Source: a virus
Lineage: Duplodnaviria > Caudoviricetes
DNA: 64,000 bases
Virus record (IMG/VR): IMGVR_UViG_3300035208_006730
Reading direction: 5' to 3' (one strand)
Part shown: positions 52,220 through 62,416 of the stretch, in pieces
How the letters are laid out: each line of letters starts with the position of its first letter
Numbering within the stretch: position 1 is the stretch's first letter
Made by a program: the position numbers and the translations under genes
Notes under the pieces: model-generated
Seen by the model: only the letters and a program-made list of their open reading frames with translations
Database searches by the model: none
What the model was told of the DNA's origin: nothing

Positions 52220-52851
52220 TAACCTACCTCTACTTGTGCGAAGTTTGAACGATGGAAGTTCTGGGTATAATCATAGACTACATCTGCTACTATTTGAAAG
52301 TTTGCTTCATTAAAATAAGCTGAATGTTCTTCGCAAAGAAATGCAGCTTCAAGAATGGCTGCTGAATAAAATCCAAAACTTTCGCGTAAGAATCCGATAT
52401 TTCCATATTGTGGATGAGGAATTCCTACGATATCGAATCTCTTAACTCCAACTTTTCGTAAAAGAGGGAACAAAGTTTCTCTCATTCCCTGACAGAATTT
52501 CAAGGCAATTAAATCTTTACACCAATAGAACATTACTGCAGGAGAAATATTGAAAGGTGGATCGAAATGATTATGGTGAATCGATAGAGCAAGATCAACA
52601 TCTGCATCTTTACAGAGCTGGATATGATCTTTATAGTACCAGTCAGCTTTGTATTTCTGTGGAATTTCTTCAGGAGGAATGTATCCTGGAGTATCAATCG
52701 CTATCATTGATTGACCTCCCATATTTTTATTTCTTTGAATCATCTTTTCTACAATAGAATGATTCACTTCATATTCAGTATAAGTCACAGCTTTATCTTT
52801 GCTTCCCGGATATTGTTCGTTGTGTCCTACAAGTACTGCCCATTTATTCAT
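52219..52851 (-). CDS. N-acetylmuramoyl-L-alanine amidase (Amidase_3), candidate endolysin
   Basis: VLVGH, TEYEVN, LALSIHHN, AAILEAAFL. Confidence 0.75.
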   Translation of the reverse strand: MNKWAVLVGHNEQYPGSKDKAVTYTEYEVNHSIVEKMIQRNKNMGGQSMIAIDTPGYIPPEEIPQKYKADWYYKDHIQLCKDADVDLALSIHHNHFDPPFNISPAVMFYWCKDLIALKFCQGMRETLFPLLRKVGVKRFDIVGIPHPQYGNIGFLRESFGFYSAAILEAAFLCEEHSAYFNEANFQIVADVVYDYTQNFHRSNFAQVEVG

Positions 52852-53449
52852 GATTCTTTTTCCATTCCTTTTGTTTTTGATATTGTCGCCGCTGATATTC
52901 TCGATTTTTTTCTTTCCAAACTTCTTGAAGTTTTTTGAGTTCTTCAGAAGGTTCTAGCTTTTTAAAATCTTTGCTGATATAAAGATTTTCTCCTCCTGCA
53001 GGACCTGATGTCTGAAGCATTGATTCTCTTAGATCTTCTACACAATCTTTCAATGTTTGAATACGTCGCCAGATTTCTTCTGCGGTAATTGTTTTCTCGT
53101 CTGTGTACTTGATAACTAGATAAATATATCCAGCACTAATTGCTGCCATTTTTTTTTCATCATCGCGCTGTTGAATATTTTCTAGTGATTCAGAACCATT
53201 ACGGCCACCAAAAGAAATTTGTTCGTAATGCTGAAGCCCATGGCATTCTATCACAAGTTTTAATCCCGGAATTACCCAATCAAAATGTTCACGATTTGAC
53301 TTGTAATCAGGATTAACTTTTGATACTGGGTACTCCTGATAGATTGGATACCCATTAAATAGTGGAGATCCTCTGAGAGAGTCGCCAACAGCTTTATGGA
53401 GTTTGCTTGCTGATTTTCGATAGCTAATTTTGAATCGATGACTTTTCAT
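52844..53449 (-). CDS. Vsr/DUF559-like endonuclease
   Basis: QEYPV, HFDWVIP, LVIECHGLQHY, RDDEKK..A...GY. Confidence 0.8.
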   Translation of the reverse strand: MKSHRFKISYRKSASKLHKAVGDSLRGSPLFNGYPIYQEYPVSKVNPDYKSNREHFDWVIPGLKLVIECHGLQHYEQISFGGRNGSESLENIQQRDDEKKMAAISAGYIYLVIKYTDEKTITAEEIWRRIQTLKDCVEDLRESMLQTSGPAGGENLYISKDFKKLEPSEELKKLQEVWKEKNREYQRRQYQKQKEWKKNHE

Positions 53450-53928
53450 TATTTAATTGTAGACGATTAAAGGAAGAAGAGTCAAACCTTTTCTGCAGCG
53501 AATCTTGCTCGAATTTTTTCAAGACAAGATTTAATGGTCTTTTTTAGGAGAGAAGAAATATCATTCAAACGTTTATTTCCCGCTGTCGCTGTAGGAGGAA
53601 AATTAATTTCATTACAAGCGGCACATCTCAGGGCATAAACCGAAAGAGCTTCATTAATAATGGTAAATTTATTTCCAACAATCGTCGGCTTTTCTGAATG
53701 ATATCGATCAATGGAAATTTGTTCAAAGAATGAGCAACCACAATTTTCACACTTTATCGCTATCTTCTCGTTTTCGTCCTGATGTTGTTCCGCTTTCTGA
53801 TTCAGGTAAGGCATTCTCTGTCCGTACATCCTCGTTCTCCTCGTCGTCAATTTCTGCGACTTTCTTTGGTTGTTTCTGTTTGTCTTCCCAGGTGAAAACA
53901 ATTTTGCCGTTCTTGTCTACAAATTCAA

Positions 53929-54612
53929 TCATAACTTACAGTCCTCCTGAAAGGGACATGAAACACAAAAAGAAGAGAATACAGGAAAAATTACTTCATT
54001 CTGTATTCCCTTGTAGATATTATACATTAATTTTGAAGAACAGCCTTCTTTAATTTTAATAAATCTAGCCCCAGAACCAAATAAAAAAATCTCAAGTCCA
54101 TTTATTTTTGGATGAATGCTTTGCTGAGCTAACCAAATTGTGGCTTGAACAATAAAATCTTTAGAGAAGTCTACAGACTTTTCAATTGGAAGGGTGATAA
54201 GGAGAACCTGAGAGCCATCTGCCTTTAGAATAGAAACGGGAAGGTAATCAGAGATCCATAGATCTCCAATTGAAATACGCGGAACGAAATGAGTGACGGC
54301 AGAAACTGTTGTATTGTATTCTGTCCACCAATGCTGAAACTGAGAAAGTATATTCTCTGTTTTGGAGGCATTGGCTTCCAGGTCTCCAGCAAAACGTTTT
54401 GTAATTTCTCGTCGGATACAAGACCATTCAATGATTTTATTATCAAGCATTGTAGAAGTATAAATTCGTTCAATAAGATCCCAAACAAGTATTTCTTTAT
54501 CTGTTTTTACAAATTTTCTTTGAAATGCGTTTGGTTTTGCATTCTCTTTATTCAAGTAGAAGTATCTTGGACATTGAATATAATCTTGAAAGTGTTGAAG
54601 ATTATAAATCAT
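53929..54612 (-). CDS. Cas4/RecB-like nuclease-fold protein, probably catalytically degenerate
   Basis: DYIQCPRYF and C-terminal CVSCPFQEDC Fe-S-type motif; no clear D..ExK. Confidence 0.55.
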   Translation of the reverse strand: MIYNLQHFQDYIQCPRYFYLNKENAKPNAFQRKFVKTDKEILVWDLIERIYTSTMLDNKIIEWSCIRREITKRFAGDLEANASKTENILSQFQHWWTEYNTTVSAVTHFVPRISIGDLWISDYLPVSILKADGSQVLLITLPIEKSVDFSKDFIVQATIWLAQQSIHPKINGLEIFLFGSGARFIKIKEGCSSKLMYNIYKGIQNEVIFPVFSSFCVSCPFQEDCKL

Positions 54613-55580
54613 AAACTGCTCTCAAGAGATAATCCAAAACTCCAACCTGCTTTGTGATCAATTGCAACAGTGGGAGCAATCCAAATATCATTCAGAATAG
54701 GCAAACGATGGCCAACATTAAAAGCAAAGGGAGCAAAATATCCGAAGAACTTTCTATCACTGTTAACTCCAATACCAAGTCCAAAGAAATGCCAAGCATC
54801 TCTCTTTGATACTCTACTGGTGTATTTTGAAAGATAAGCTCCCAGTTGAGCTCCAACAACAAATCCGTCTTGAAGATGATAGGCTGTTCTAACTCCAATT
54901 GTAACTGTAGGTGCTATCCAGTGCATTCCTAATTTCTTATCATCTTCTAGAGCAACTGTGTATTCGAAAGTTTGAAGAAGAAGATCTGTGCCTCCATCTC
55001 CACCACTAATTTCATAAAGATTACCATGATATCTTGGTGTTCCATTTTTATCGACTGTTTTCAATTGCTGAAATTTGAATTTTTGATGAAGAAGATATTG
55101 AACTGAAGATCTCCAGTTGGGTCCACCTTCACGTTCTAGATGATCTTTGATTGTGATGCGGCTATCAGAATGTTGAGTATCAAATTTTTCAGAAGCCAGA
55201 AGAACATAACAATCGTCTACCGTAAACTTATTATCTGTGCAAGTTCCAATCGTAGGATTTTCTATAATACTAGTTACATTTTGAACTATTTGTTGACTCG
55301 AGTATTTAAATGTTGCCTTGTAGTTCACGTACTCAACAACTGTTTCTTGATATTTCGAAAGAAGTTCTTGGTATTTTTTGTTTTCTCTATTTAGAATAGT
55401 TGCGCTTTCTTTTCTAGATAATATTTTGGCTACTGAAAGATCTATTGAAAGAAGTCCCTTTTCCTCCTGGAGAGCTTGATACTTGTGAAAATAAATTGAA
55501 GCCTCCCAGGTGAGAAAAATAAGGATAATCCCGATGAGAATAAGGAAGGATATCCTAGAGACTTTTTGAAAGGTTGTCAT
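54609..55580 (-). CDS. membrane-anchored protein with Gly/aromatic beta-strand C-terminus
   Basis: N-terminal TM, coiled segment, amphipathic strands ending GWSFGLSLESSL. Confidence 0.6.
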   Translation of the reverse strand: MTTFQKVSRISFLILIGIILIFLTWEASIYFHKYQALQEEKGLLSIDLSVAKILSRKESATILNRENKKYQELLSKYQETVVEYVNYKATFKYSSQQIVQNVTSIIENPTIGTCTDNKFTVDDCYVLLASEKFDTQHSDSRITIKDHLEREGGPNWRSSVQYLLHQKFKFQQLKTVDKNGTPRYHGNLYEISGGDGGTDLLLQTFEYTVALEDDKKLGMHWIAPTVTIGVRTAYHLQDGFVVGAQLGAYLSKYTSRVSKRDAWHFFGLGIGVNSDRKFFGYFAPFAFNVGHRLPILNDIWIAPTVAIDHKAGWSFGLSLESSL

Positions 55581-55581
55581 T

Positions 55582-55761
55582 TTATTTTCCCATGTTATTC
55601 CAAATGCTCCAACTCACATGCTTGTGTGAAGGAGACAACTGTTTTTGGAGTTTGGTTGGATCTGCGCCACATTTAATACATTTTTCAACTGGAGTTTCAT
55701 TTAGTTTGTGCTCAACCTCTTGAACTTCCCCACATTCCTGGCATTTGTAATCGTAGATCAT
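55582..55761 (-). CDS. FmdB-family zinc-ribbon protein (59 aa, not in ORF track)
   Basis: GGAGG RBS; MIYDYKCQECG...KCIKCG. Confidence 0.8.
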   Translation of the reverse strand: MIYDYKCQECGEVQEVEHKLNETPVEKCIKCGADPTKLQKQLSPSHKHVSWSIWNNMGK

Positions 55762-55844
55762 CTCTATTTCCTCCTTTGATCTGTTCTACTTACAGATATA
55801 CCACATTTAGGTTACAATAGAAACAGGAAAGTTGAGGGAAACAA

Positions 55845-56216
55845 ATGGATCAAAAAGAAAAAGGTAAGATTTCCATCTCGATTCTTTTAACAGTTATAGG
55901 TCTAGCAATAACAATTGCCATTAGTGGACTGGCTCTAGCAAATTCCTATGGAGGCAATATCGAAAAGGTAAATACACTTACAGGACAATTGATTGAAGCT
56001 AAAAGAGATTTGAAACTAGAGGTAGAAAAAGTTGATAAGGGTGTTGCGCAAACAAAAGAAACTCAAGGTCAACAGGCGATTGTTCTAACTGCTCATGAAG
56101 CTCGAATCGTTTCGATTGAAGCCAATATGATTAGACTCTTTAATAATCTTGAAACCAATCAGAAAAAGATTGATGAGAATCAAATATTGATCATTAACCT
56201 CCTAAAAGGAAAATAG
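55845..56216 (+). CDS. single-TM coiled-coil protein (possible lysis accessory)
   Basis: N-terminal TM followed by heptad-rich helix. Confidence 0.5.
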   Translation: MDQKEKGKISISILLTVIGLAITIAISGLALANSYGGNIEKVNTLTGQLIEAKRDLKLEVEKVDKGVAQTKETQGQQAIVLTAHEARIVSIEANMIRLFNNLETNQKKIDENQILIINLLKGK

Positions 56217-56218
56217 TA

Positions 56219-56524
56219 ATGAAAAAGGAAATGAGTTTTGGTGGAAGAAAATTTGTTGGCTTACATACGGTAATGGCTTCTCTCTTTTTAGGCGTTGGTC
56301 TCTGTCTTCTGGTTTTAATTAATAAACTAGCAGAAGCTACGGCGGTTACTGGAATTTTTTCTACGTATGCAACTGCTCTTGGTTTAGCCTACGGAATTTT
56401 TTGTGGAGCCAACTGGGCCACTGCTAACTCAGTAAGTAAATATGGAGAGCCAAATGACAACGGAAGAGTCGAGACTACAGTCAATAGAGAGAGCAATTCA
56501 AAATCTGCAAGTGGCAGTAAGTAA
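56219..56524 (+). CDS. two-TM holin-like protein
   Basis: GGRKF followed by two hydrophobic helices, FCGAN, charged tail. Confidence 0.5.
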   Translation: MKKEMSFGGRKFVGLHTVMASLFLGVGLCLLVLINKLAEATAVTGIFSTYATALGLAYGIFCGANWATANSVSKYGEPNDNGRVETTVNRESNSKSASGSK

Positions 56525-57147
56525 TTTAGCTTCTCAACAGCAACTGAAACAATTGTATGCGATAAAGCAACAAGAAATCACAGCCTTACAGACAAGATGT
56601 TCTGTTCTTGAATCTGCTATTGCTATTCTTCAACAGTCTTGATATCCTAAAATAGCTCGATTAATGAGCCCTAGGAAAGTAAATGAAAGATTTTCTTGGA
56701 CAAGAATTACATGTGAGTGATATTATAGTTTTTTCTAATTCGAGTTCGTCTTTGCAAAAAAAAGAAATAATTGAAGTATCAGAAACTTGGATTAAGACCA
56801 AACCTTTAACTGGTTGGCGAGCTTCGCATTCATTCAATCCCAAACAGGCTGGCAAGATAACCAGACAAGACTCCTGTTTAAAGTTAGAACAACTAACCAA
56901 AGATGAATATGGATATATAGTTGTATGGCTAGTTTGGGGATGTAAAATAAATATCGACAACAAACCAGAATTTTCACTACGAAGTATTTGTTTATCACCT
57001 GAAGTAGCCGAAAGATATAAACTTACACTACAACATGAAGACCCTGCACAAACAATAACTATTGAACAACGGCAAACAGAACATCTTTATGAAGCTACTA
57101 TGCTTTCGGTAGTAGAATCAATGTTTCGCAAACACGAAGGGGATTGA

Positions 57148-58149
57148 ATGAACTACACAGACAGATACGATAACTATGATCTTTTTGGGGACATTGACAA
57201 GTATCTTGAACGTCCTCGAGAATTTGATTTTCCTCGAGGAGGTAACCTCTATCCATCTGAAGCATCTGTAAAATTCCAAGATGAAAATGGAAATTGGATT
57301 GTTGAGGGAGGTTGTCTTCGAAAGTCTTGGTATCGTATTCGAGGAATCGAATCAGGTGGAACTAATGCTAGAGCTGAATATATTTTTGCTGCTGGCAAAA
57401 TGTTCGAGAATTTTATCGTAGAACAGATGAAACAAATGGGACTTTGGAGAGCTAACTCAGTTCCATTTATTTCTAATGAATTCAATAATGATATCCCAGT
57501 TAAAGGTGAACTTGATGGGGTATTCTGGGACCCAATTAATAAAGTAAACTACGTTTGGGAATGCAAAACTGGTCATGGATTTATGGCTAAGAAAGATATT
57601 TTTGGCGATTTCCATCATCGGGGTTATCCCAAAGTTTCTCAGTTACTTCAAACTCTTGTTTATACCTATCATTTCCGAGAATCAAATCCTGATCCTAAAA
57701 TAAAAACTCATTTTCCGTTTACTCGACTCTGCTACATAATGCGAGATGAACCAGCTAATCGAAAGACTTTTAAAGTAGAGGTTCAAGAGATTAATGGAAT
57801 TTGGATGGCTCTTGTGGATGGAATAGTTGAAAAAAGATTTACTATTGAGAATATTAAACAGAGGTATCAAGAACTCTGTGCTGCAGTCAAAAAAGATGAG
57901 CCACCTCCTAGGGACTATGATTTAATTTATTCTGATGAAAAGGTTGAGATGCTTCATGATCGAGGACTTCTTTCTGAAAGTAAATGGAAAGATCACGAAT
58001 CAAATCTTAGAGTAAGAGCTGGTAAATCGAGGATGCGCGATCCTAAAATCAAAATAATTGGTGACTGGAATTGCAAATATTGTAACAATATTCGTCAGTG
58101 CTATCCAGATATTAGCATCTCTCAACTTGAAGAAGATGAAGAGACTTAA
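57148..58149 (+). CDS. Cas4-like PD-(D/E)xK exonuclease
   Basis: YPSEAS..CLRKSWY, GELDG, WECKT, QTLVY, WNCKYCNNIRQC. Confidence 0.85.
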   Translation: MNYTDRYDNYDLFGDIDKYLERPREFDFPRGGNLYPSEASVKFQDENGNWIVEGGCLRKSWYRIRGIESGGTNARAEYIFAAGKMFENFIVEQMKQMGLWRANSVPFISNEFNNDIPVKGELDGVFWDPINKVNYVWECKTGHGFMAKKDIFGDFHHRGYPKVSQLLQTLVYTYHFRESNPDPKIKTHFPFTRLCYIMRDEPANRKTFKVEVQEINGIWMALVDGIVEKRFTIENIKQRYQELCAAVKKDEPPPRDYDLIYSDEKVEMLHDRGLLSESKWKDHESNLRVRAGKSRMRDPKIKIIGDWNCKYCNNIRQCYPDISISQLEEDEET

Positions 58150-58365
58150 ATGAAATATTGCTCTAATTGTACTTGGCTACAAAATGGACTTTGCAAATTT
58201 AATCCTCCTACAGCTTTAATGCATTGCCGTCTTGATGGAGTCTATGAGGTCTTATCTTATTATCCGACTGTAAATAATACAGATACATGTCATAACCATT
58301 TCGAAAAAAATCCAGCGATTCCTACTTTACTTTCTGAAGATTCTAAATCCTAATTAGGAGCGTAA

Positions 58366-61300
58366 ATGTATATTCGTAATTTGACCGAGATCATCGGTCA
58401 ACTCGAAACGCATCTCGAAGACTATCTACAAGAAAATGGAATAGATACTCGAGGAGCTTTTCTTTGCATTAACCCTGAACACAAAGATACTCATCCAAGT
58501 TGTTCAATCCAAGGAAATGACAAGAAGACATTTCACTGCATGAGCTGCAACAGTGCAGGAAGTATCTTCAAGGCTGTTCATTTTCTTGAAGGAAAAGCTT
58601 ATGAAGGTCCTCGATGGATGATCGAAACTGTTCCCTATCTTGCTGAAAAATACAACGTAAAAGTTGATGCTACACCGCCTACAGAAGATGAAATCTATGA
58701 GTTAAATACTTACAAGGCTTATGCTCGAGCTGCTCAATATATTGTCTCTTCTCCTGTGAGTGAGAAGGTGACTCAAGAAATTAAACGACGAGGATGGAGC
58801 GATAAGAATCTAAAATCTCTAGGAGTAGGTTCAGTTGTAAGTTTTAAACATTACTGGGATTGGATGAAGGAGGATTTCGCCGCGACTTTTCTTGAAGAAA
58901 TCGATCTAAAGCGTAATCAGATCTTCAATGAAAATTCAATTATCTTTACGGTTCGAGATGAGTATGGTGAACCAGTGGGTTTTGCCTCAAGAGATCTCGA
59001 TTGGAATGGAGATAAATCTTCTCCCAAATATATCAATCAGTCTACAAAAATGAGATGTAATATCTACCAAAAGGGTAAACGTCTTTTTGGAATGGACTAT
59101 CTAGTTAAAAACCTTCGAGGCAGTCCGCAGTTAGTCTACATTTTTGAAGGTTATCCAGATGTTGTTACGGCAAGAGAACATGGCATTATGAGTTGTGTTG
59201 CTATTGGTGGAACTTCTTTTACCATTGATCAATTACATTTATTAAAGAGTAATGGTTTCCATAATATATGCCTCTGTCTTGACGGCGACCTTCCAGGAAA
59301 GAAAAAGATCGAAGGCATTCTTGACACCATCCTTGCCGGACACAAAGACGTTTCTACTAAAATAATGATTCTTCCTGACGATAAAGATCCTGATGATCTA
59401 ATTCGTGAGAAAGGTAAAGAAGGATTTTTAGCTGTACGAAAGTGGGCTGCTTTTGAATGGCGACTGAATCAGTTTGAAGAAGAGACTGATGGACAGATTA
59501 TCTGCGATCTCATGGTTCCACATATTGTAACTGAACCAAATTTTATTCAGCAAGAAACGATGTGTAAAACTCTTGCTGCTAGAACTAACGTTTCGATCAA
59601 GACTATTAATCAAGAAGTTGGTCGGTTACAGAATGCGCGAGAAAATCAAAAAGTTCTAGCTCGAGAAGCTATCATCCAAAGACTTCAACAAAAACTATCT
59701 CGAGATCCAGGCAATGCAGAAATTGCCATAACAGAAGCTAGTTCAAACTTTATGGATCTTATGAGGCAGTATTCAGAAGATCATCTTTCAGAACAATCGA
59801 CAATTGCTCTTATAGATCAACAAAAAAAAGTTCAAGAAGAAAAAGAAGCCAAGTTCGCAGGAATGATTCTTGGACAAGATCTAAAAGAAATGGCAGAAGC
59901 TCTTAATGGAGAATGGCAAGATAATTTTATGCTTTTTGCGGGGAAAGCAAATACTGGCAAATGTCTAGCCGAAGGTTCTTTAGTTCTTATGGGAAACGGT
60001 GATTATAAAAAAATAGAAGATGTAGTAAGAGATCGAGATAACGAAATTATAACAAAGACCTTAACAAATAAACTTATTAGAGGAGAAGTAATTGATTGGA
60101 TTAAATCTGGAGAATTAGAATGTATAAGTCTAAAAACAAAAGATGGTATTGAAACATCTTCATCTCTAACTCATCCATTTTTTACTCTTAGTGGCTGGAA
60201 ACCAGCTAATGAATTGAAAGTTGGAGATAAAATAGCAACTAGTTCAAATTATAATGTATTTTCCGACCTTCATTCACTAATCGATTCTAATACGGCAATA
60301 CTATTAGGATATTTAATTGGAGATGGTTCTATTACCGAACATGTAGGTCTATCTAATATTTCAAGTGAAATAATAGAAAGGTTTGAATTAATCTGTAAGT
60401 TAATAGATCCTAATATATATATTAGATATGATGCTAACGCTACAGTTAGTGTTTCATATAAAAAGGGAAGACTTAATCCTATTGAATATTTTTTAGAACA
60501 ATTCGATATTATAGGAAAAAATGCACATGAAAAGAAAATTCCAAAAGAAATATTCAAGTCATCTTTAAAAACGATTGCTAAATTTTTAGGAGCTCTTTAC
60601 GCAACAGATGGATGGATCTCTCCTAAAGAGATCGGAATATCTTTTTGTAATAAGTTTCTCTTACAACAAGTTAGAAGTTTACTTCTTCGTTTTGGTATTA
60701 AAGGAAGAATTTATGAATCAACTTCGAGTTACGAAAGAGAAGGAAAACGATTTCCCAGATTTACTCTAACAATAAAAGATTCTGAAAGTTGGTGTAAATT
60801 TTACAATAATATAGAAATTTTATTTCTCGAAAAACAAGAAAAGCTAAAACAACTTTTAGAATCTACTTCTCATATCCAAGGATGCTATAATAATAATTTT
60901 CCAGGAGAATTATGGAGTTACATAATTCCTAAAGCTAAATCTTTAGGAATTTCAAAAACCCATTTAATGAAATTAATTTCTCCCACAGTTCGTAGTATCT
61001 ATTTTGATAAAAGTACAAATAGATATAGACCTATTGGACGTTACGATTTCCATATTAATGGCGGAATTCAACCAATAGTTCTTGAGTCAATTGGAAGAAT
61101 CCTTAATGATGAGTTTTTAATCAATATTGCTACAGGAGATATTTGTTTCGATGAAATTATTGAGACAGAATTAATTGGTAAAAAGTCATGTTTTGACTTA
61201 ACCGTTAAGGATTTTCATAACTTTATTGTTCAAGATACAGTTGTTCATAACAGCGCGCTTTTCTCTAAACTTGCCTATGAAATTGCAACACATAAAGAAG

Positions 61301-62091
61301 AGAATAATGCTATGGTTATCTATTTAACTATAGATGATAGTTTTGAGCAAACCTTGCCTCGTCTGGTATGCATTGCTAGTGGAAGTAAACAACTTGAATT
61401 AAACGAAGTGACAAATCCAAATTACTTTTCAACTAAAAGTGATAAGTCAATTCCAATGTATCGTGAAAAGGGTTACTCAATTATTAGAGATCTAACAAGT
61501 AGAGGAAGACTGATTCTTAAAGATGCTAATCATGGAAGAAGTTTAGCCTTTGTTGAAAGTCTGATCAAGTACTATCGAGAAAAATATCCAAAACGTAAGA
61601 TAGTATTTCTCTTGGATAACTTTCATAAGTTGCAAGATTTAGCAGGAGCAGAAATAGATAGAGGTCTCTATAAAGCAATGTCTCAAAATGCTAAAAATAT
61701 TGCAACACGTTATCATATTCCTCTTCTAGCGACTTGTCAGTATACAAAAATAACGGCAGGAGAACGTGCTACTAATGAGAAGTTATCAGAAACTGTTCAG
61801 CTAGAATTTGATGCTAATCTTATTATTCATCTTTATTCTGAAATGAGTGAAATTAGTGATAGAGCTAAAGATTATCATGAAGAAACAATGAATGGCAAAC
61901 TAATTAGGTTGCCAAGATTAGAGGCTAACTTCGGAAAAAATAAAATTTCAGATTATAGAGGTAGAATTTATTTAGATTTCTGGCCAGCTTGTTCTGACTT
62001 TAAAGAAGTAGATTACGAAATTGCCATCAAAGAACGCGAAGAACGTTCATTCAAAGATAAGAAAAAAGATCTTAATCAAGTCCTCGTCTAG
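58366..62091 (+). CDS. DnaG-type primase / DnaB-type helicase fusion with one intein
   Basis: CHC2 Zn finger CINPEH..CMSC, GFASR, KYIN, TOPRIM FEGYPDV/LDGD/DPDD, P-loop AGKANTGK|S, LLDNFH, EFDANL. Confidence 0.93.
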   Translation: MYIRNLTEIIGQLETHLEDYLQENGIDTRGAFLCINPEHKDTHPSCSIQGNDKKTFHCMSCNSAGSIFKAVHFLEGKAYEGPRWMIETVPYLAEKYNVKVDATPPTEDEIYELNTYKAYARAAQYIVSSPVSEKVTQEIKRRGWSDKNLKSLGVGSVVSFKHYWDWMKEDFAATFLEEIDLKRNQIFNENSIIFTVRDEYGEPVGFASRDLDWNGDKSSPKYINQSTKMRCNIYQKGKRLFGMDYLVKNLRGSPQLVYIFEGYPDVVTAREHGIMSCVAIGGTSFTIDQLHLLKSNGFHNICLCLDGDLPGKKKIEGILDTILAGHKDVSTKIMILPDDKDPDDLIREKGKEGFLAVRKWAAFEWRLNQFEEETDGQIICDLMVPHIVTEPNFIQQETMCKTLAARTNVSIKTINQEVGRLQNARENQKVLAREAIIQRLQQKLSRDPGNAEIAITEASSNFMDLMRQYSEDHLSEQSTIALIDQQKKVQEEKEAKFAGMILGQDLKEMAEALNGEWQDNFMLFAGKANTGKCLAEGSLVLMGNGDYKKIEDVVRDRDNEIITKTLTNKLIRGEVIDWIKSGELECISLKTKDGIETSSSLTHPFFTLSGWKPANELKVGDKIATSSNYNVFSDLHSLIDSNTAILLGYLIGDGSITEHVGLSNISSEIIERFELICKLIDPNIYIRYDANATVSVSYKKGRLNPIEYFLEQFDIIGKNAHEKKIPKEIFKSSLKTIAKFLGALYATDGWISPKEIGISFCNKFLLQQVRSLLLRFGIKGRIYESTSSYEREGKRFPRFTLTIKDSESWCKFYNNIEILFLEKQEKLKQLLESTSHIQGCYNNNFPGELWSYIIPKAKSLGISKTHLMKLISPTVRSIYFDKSTNRYRPIGRYDFHINGGIQPIVLESIGRILNDEFLINIATGDICFDEIIETELIGKKSCFDLTVKDFHNFIVQDTVVHNSALFSKLAYEIATHKEENNAMVIYLTIDDSFEQTLPRLVCIASGSKQLELNEVTNPNYFSTKSDKSIPMYREKGYSIIRDLTSRGRLILKDANHGRSLAFVESLIKYYREKYPKRKIVFLLDNFHKLQDLAGAEIDRGLYKAMSQNAKNIATRYHIPLLATCQYTKITAGERATNEKLSETVQLEFDANLIIHLYSEMSEISDRAKDYHEETMNGKLIRLPRLEANFGKNKISDYRGRIYLDFWPACSDFKEVDYEIAIKEREERSFKDKKKDLNQVLV
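59962..61251 (+). mobile_element. intein in the helicase P-loop (430 aa, LAGLIDADG endonuclease)
   Basis: TGK|CLAEGS...THPF...VVHN|SALF; LLGYLIGDG and FLGALYATDG blocks. Confidence 0.95.
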
Positions 62092-62115
62092 CACCAACAA
62101 CCATCTTCCCAAATC

Positions 62116-62126
62116 TGTGGTATACT
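62116..62126 (+). promoter_or_regulatory. candidate extended -10 promoter
   Basis: TGTGGTATACT in the gap before the GAGGAGG-led ORF 62192. Confidence 0.45.
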
Positions 62127-62191
62127 CCTATTAGATAAGATAGCAGTAGAAGTGTAGAAGGCGGCCAGGACAAGCCAAGAGGAGGAAACAA

Positions 62192-62416
62192 ATGGCCGAA
62201 AAATATACTGCTTTACCTTGGGTATTCAAAGATGGAAAGCTTTACGGGCAAAACGAAGTTCTTATTGCCACCATAGAGTTCTATCAAGAAAAGGAAGTGA
62301 ATGAGGCTAATCTTGATTTGATTATTCATGCTCCTGAATTATTTGAGGCTCTTGATAAAATGATTCGATTAGGAGCAAGGAAGAAGAATACTATCGAGAC
62401 TCCATTTGCTGTCTAA
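62192..62416 (+). CDS. hypothetical phage protein
   Basis: GAGGAGG RBS; YTALPW...EANLDLIIHAPELFEAL pattern. Confidence 0.7.
   Translation: MAEKYTALPWVFKDGKLYGQNEVLIATIEFYQEKEVNEANLDLIIHAPELFEALDKMIRLGARKKNTIETPFAV

Noticed and set aside
55795-55810. Shared TGTGGTATA motif with 62116 as a phage-specific promoter class
   Set aside because: Only two instances noticed, and explainable as ordinary extended -10 elements
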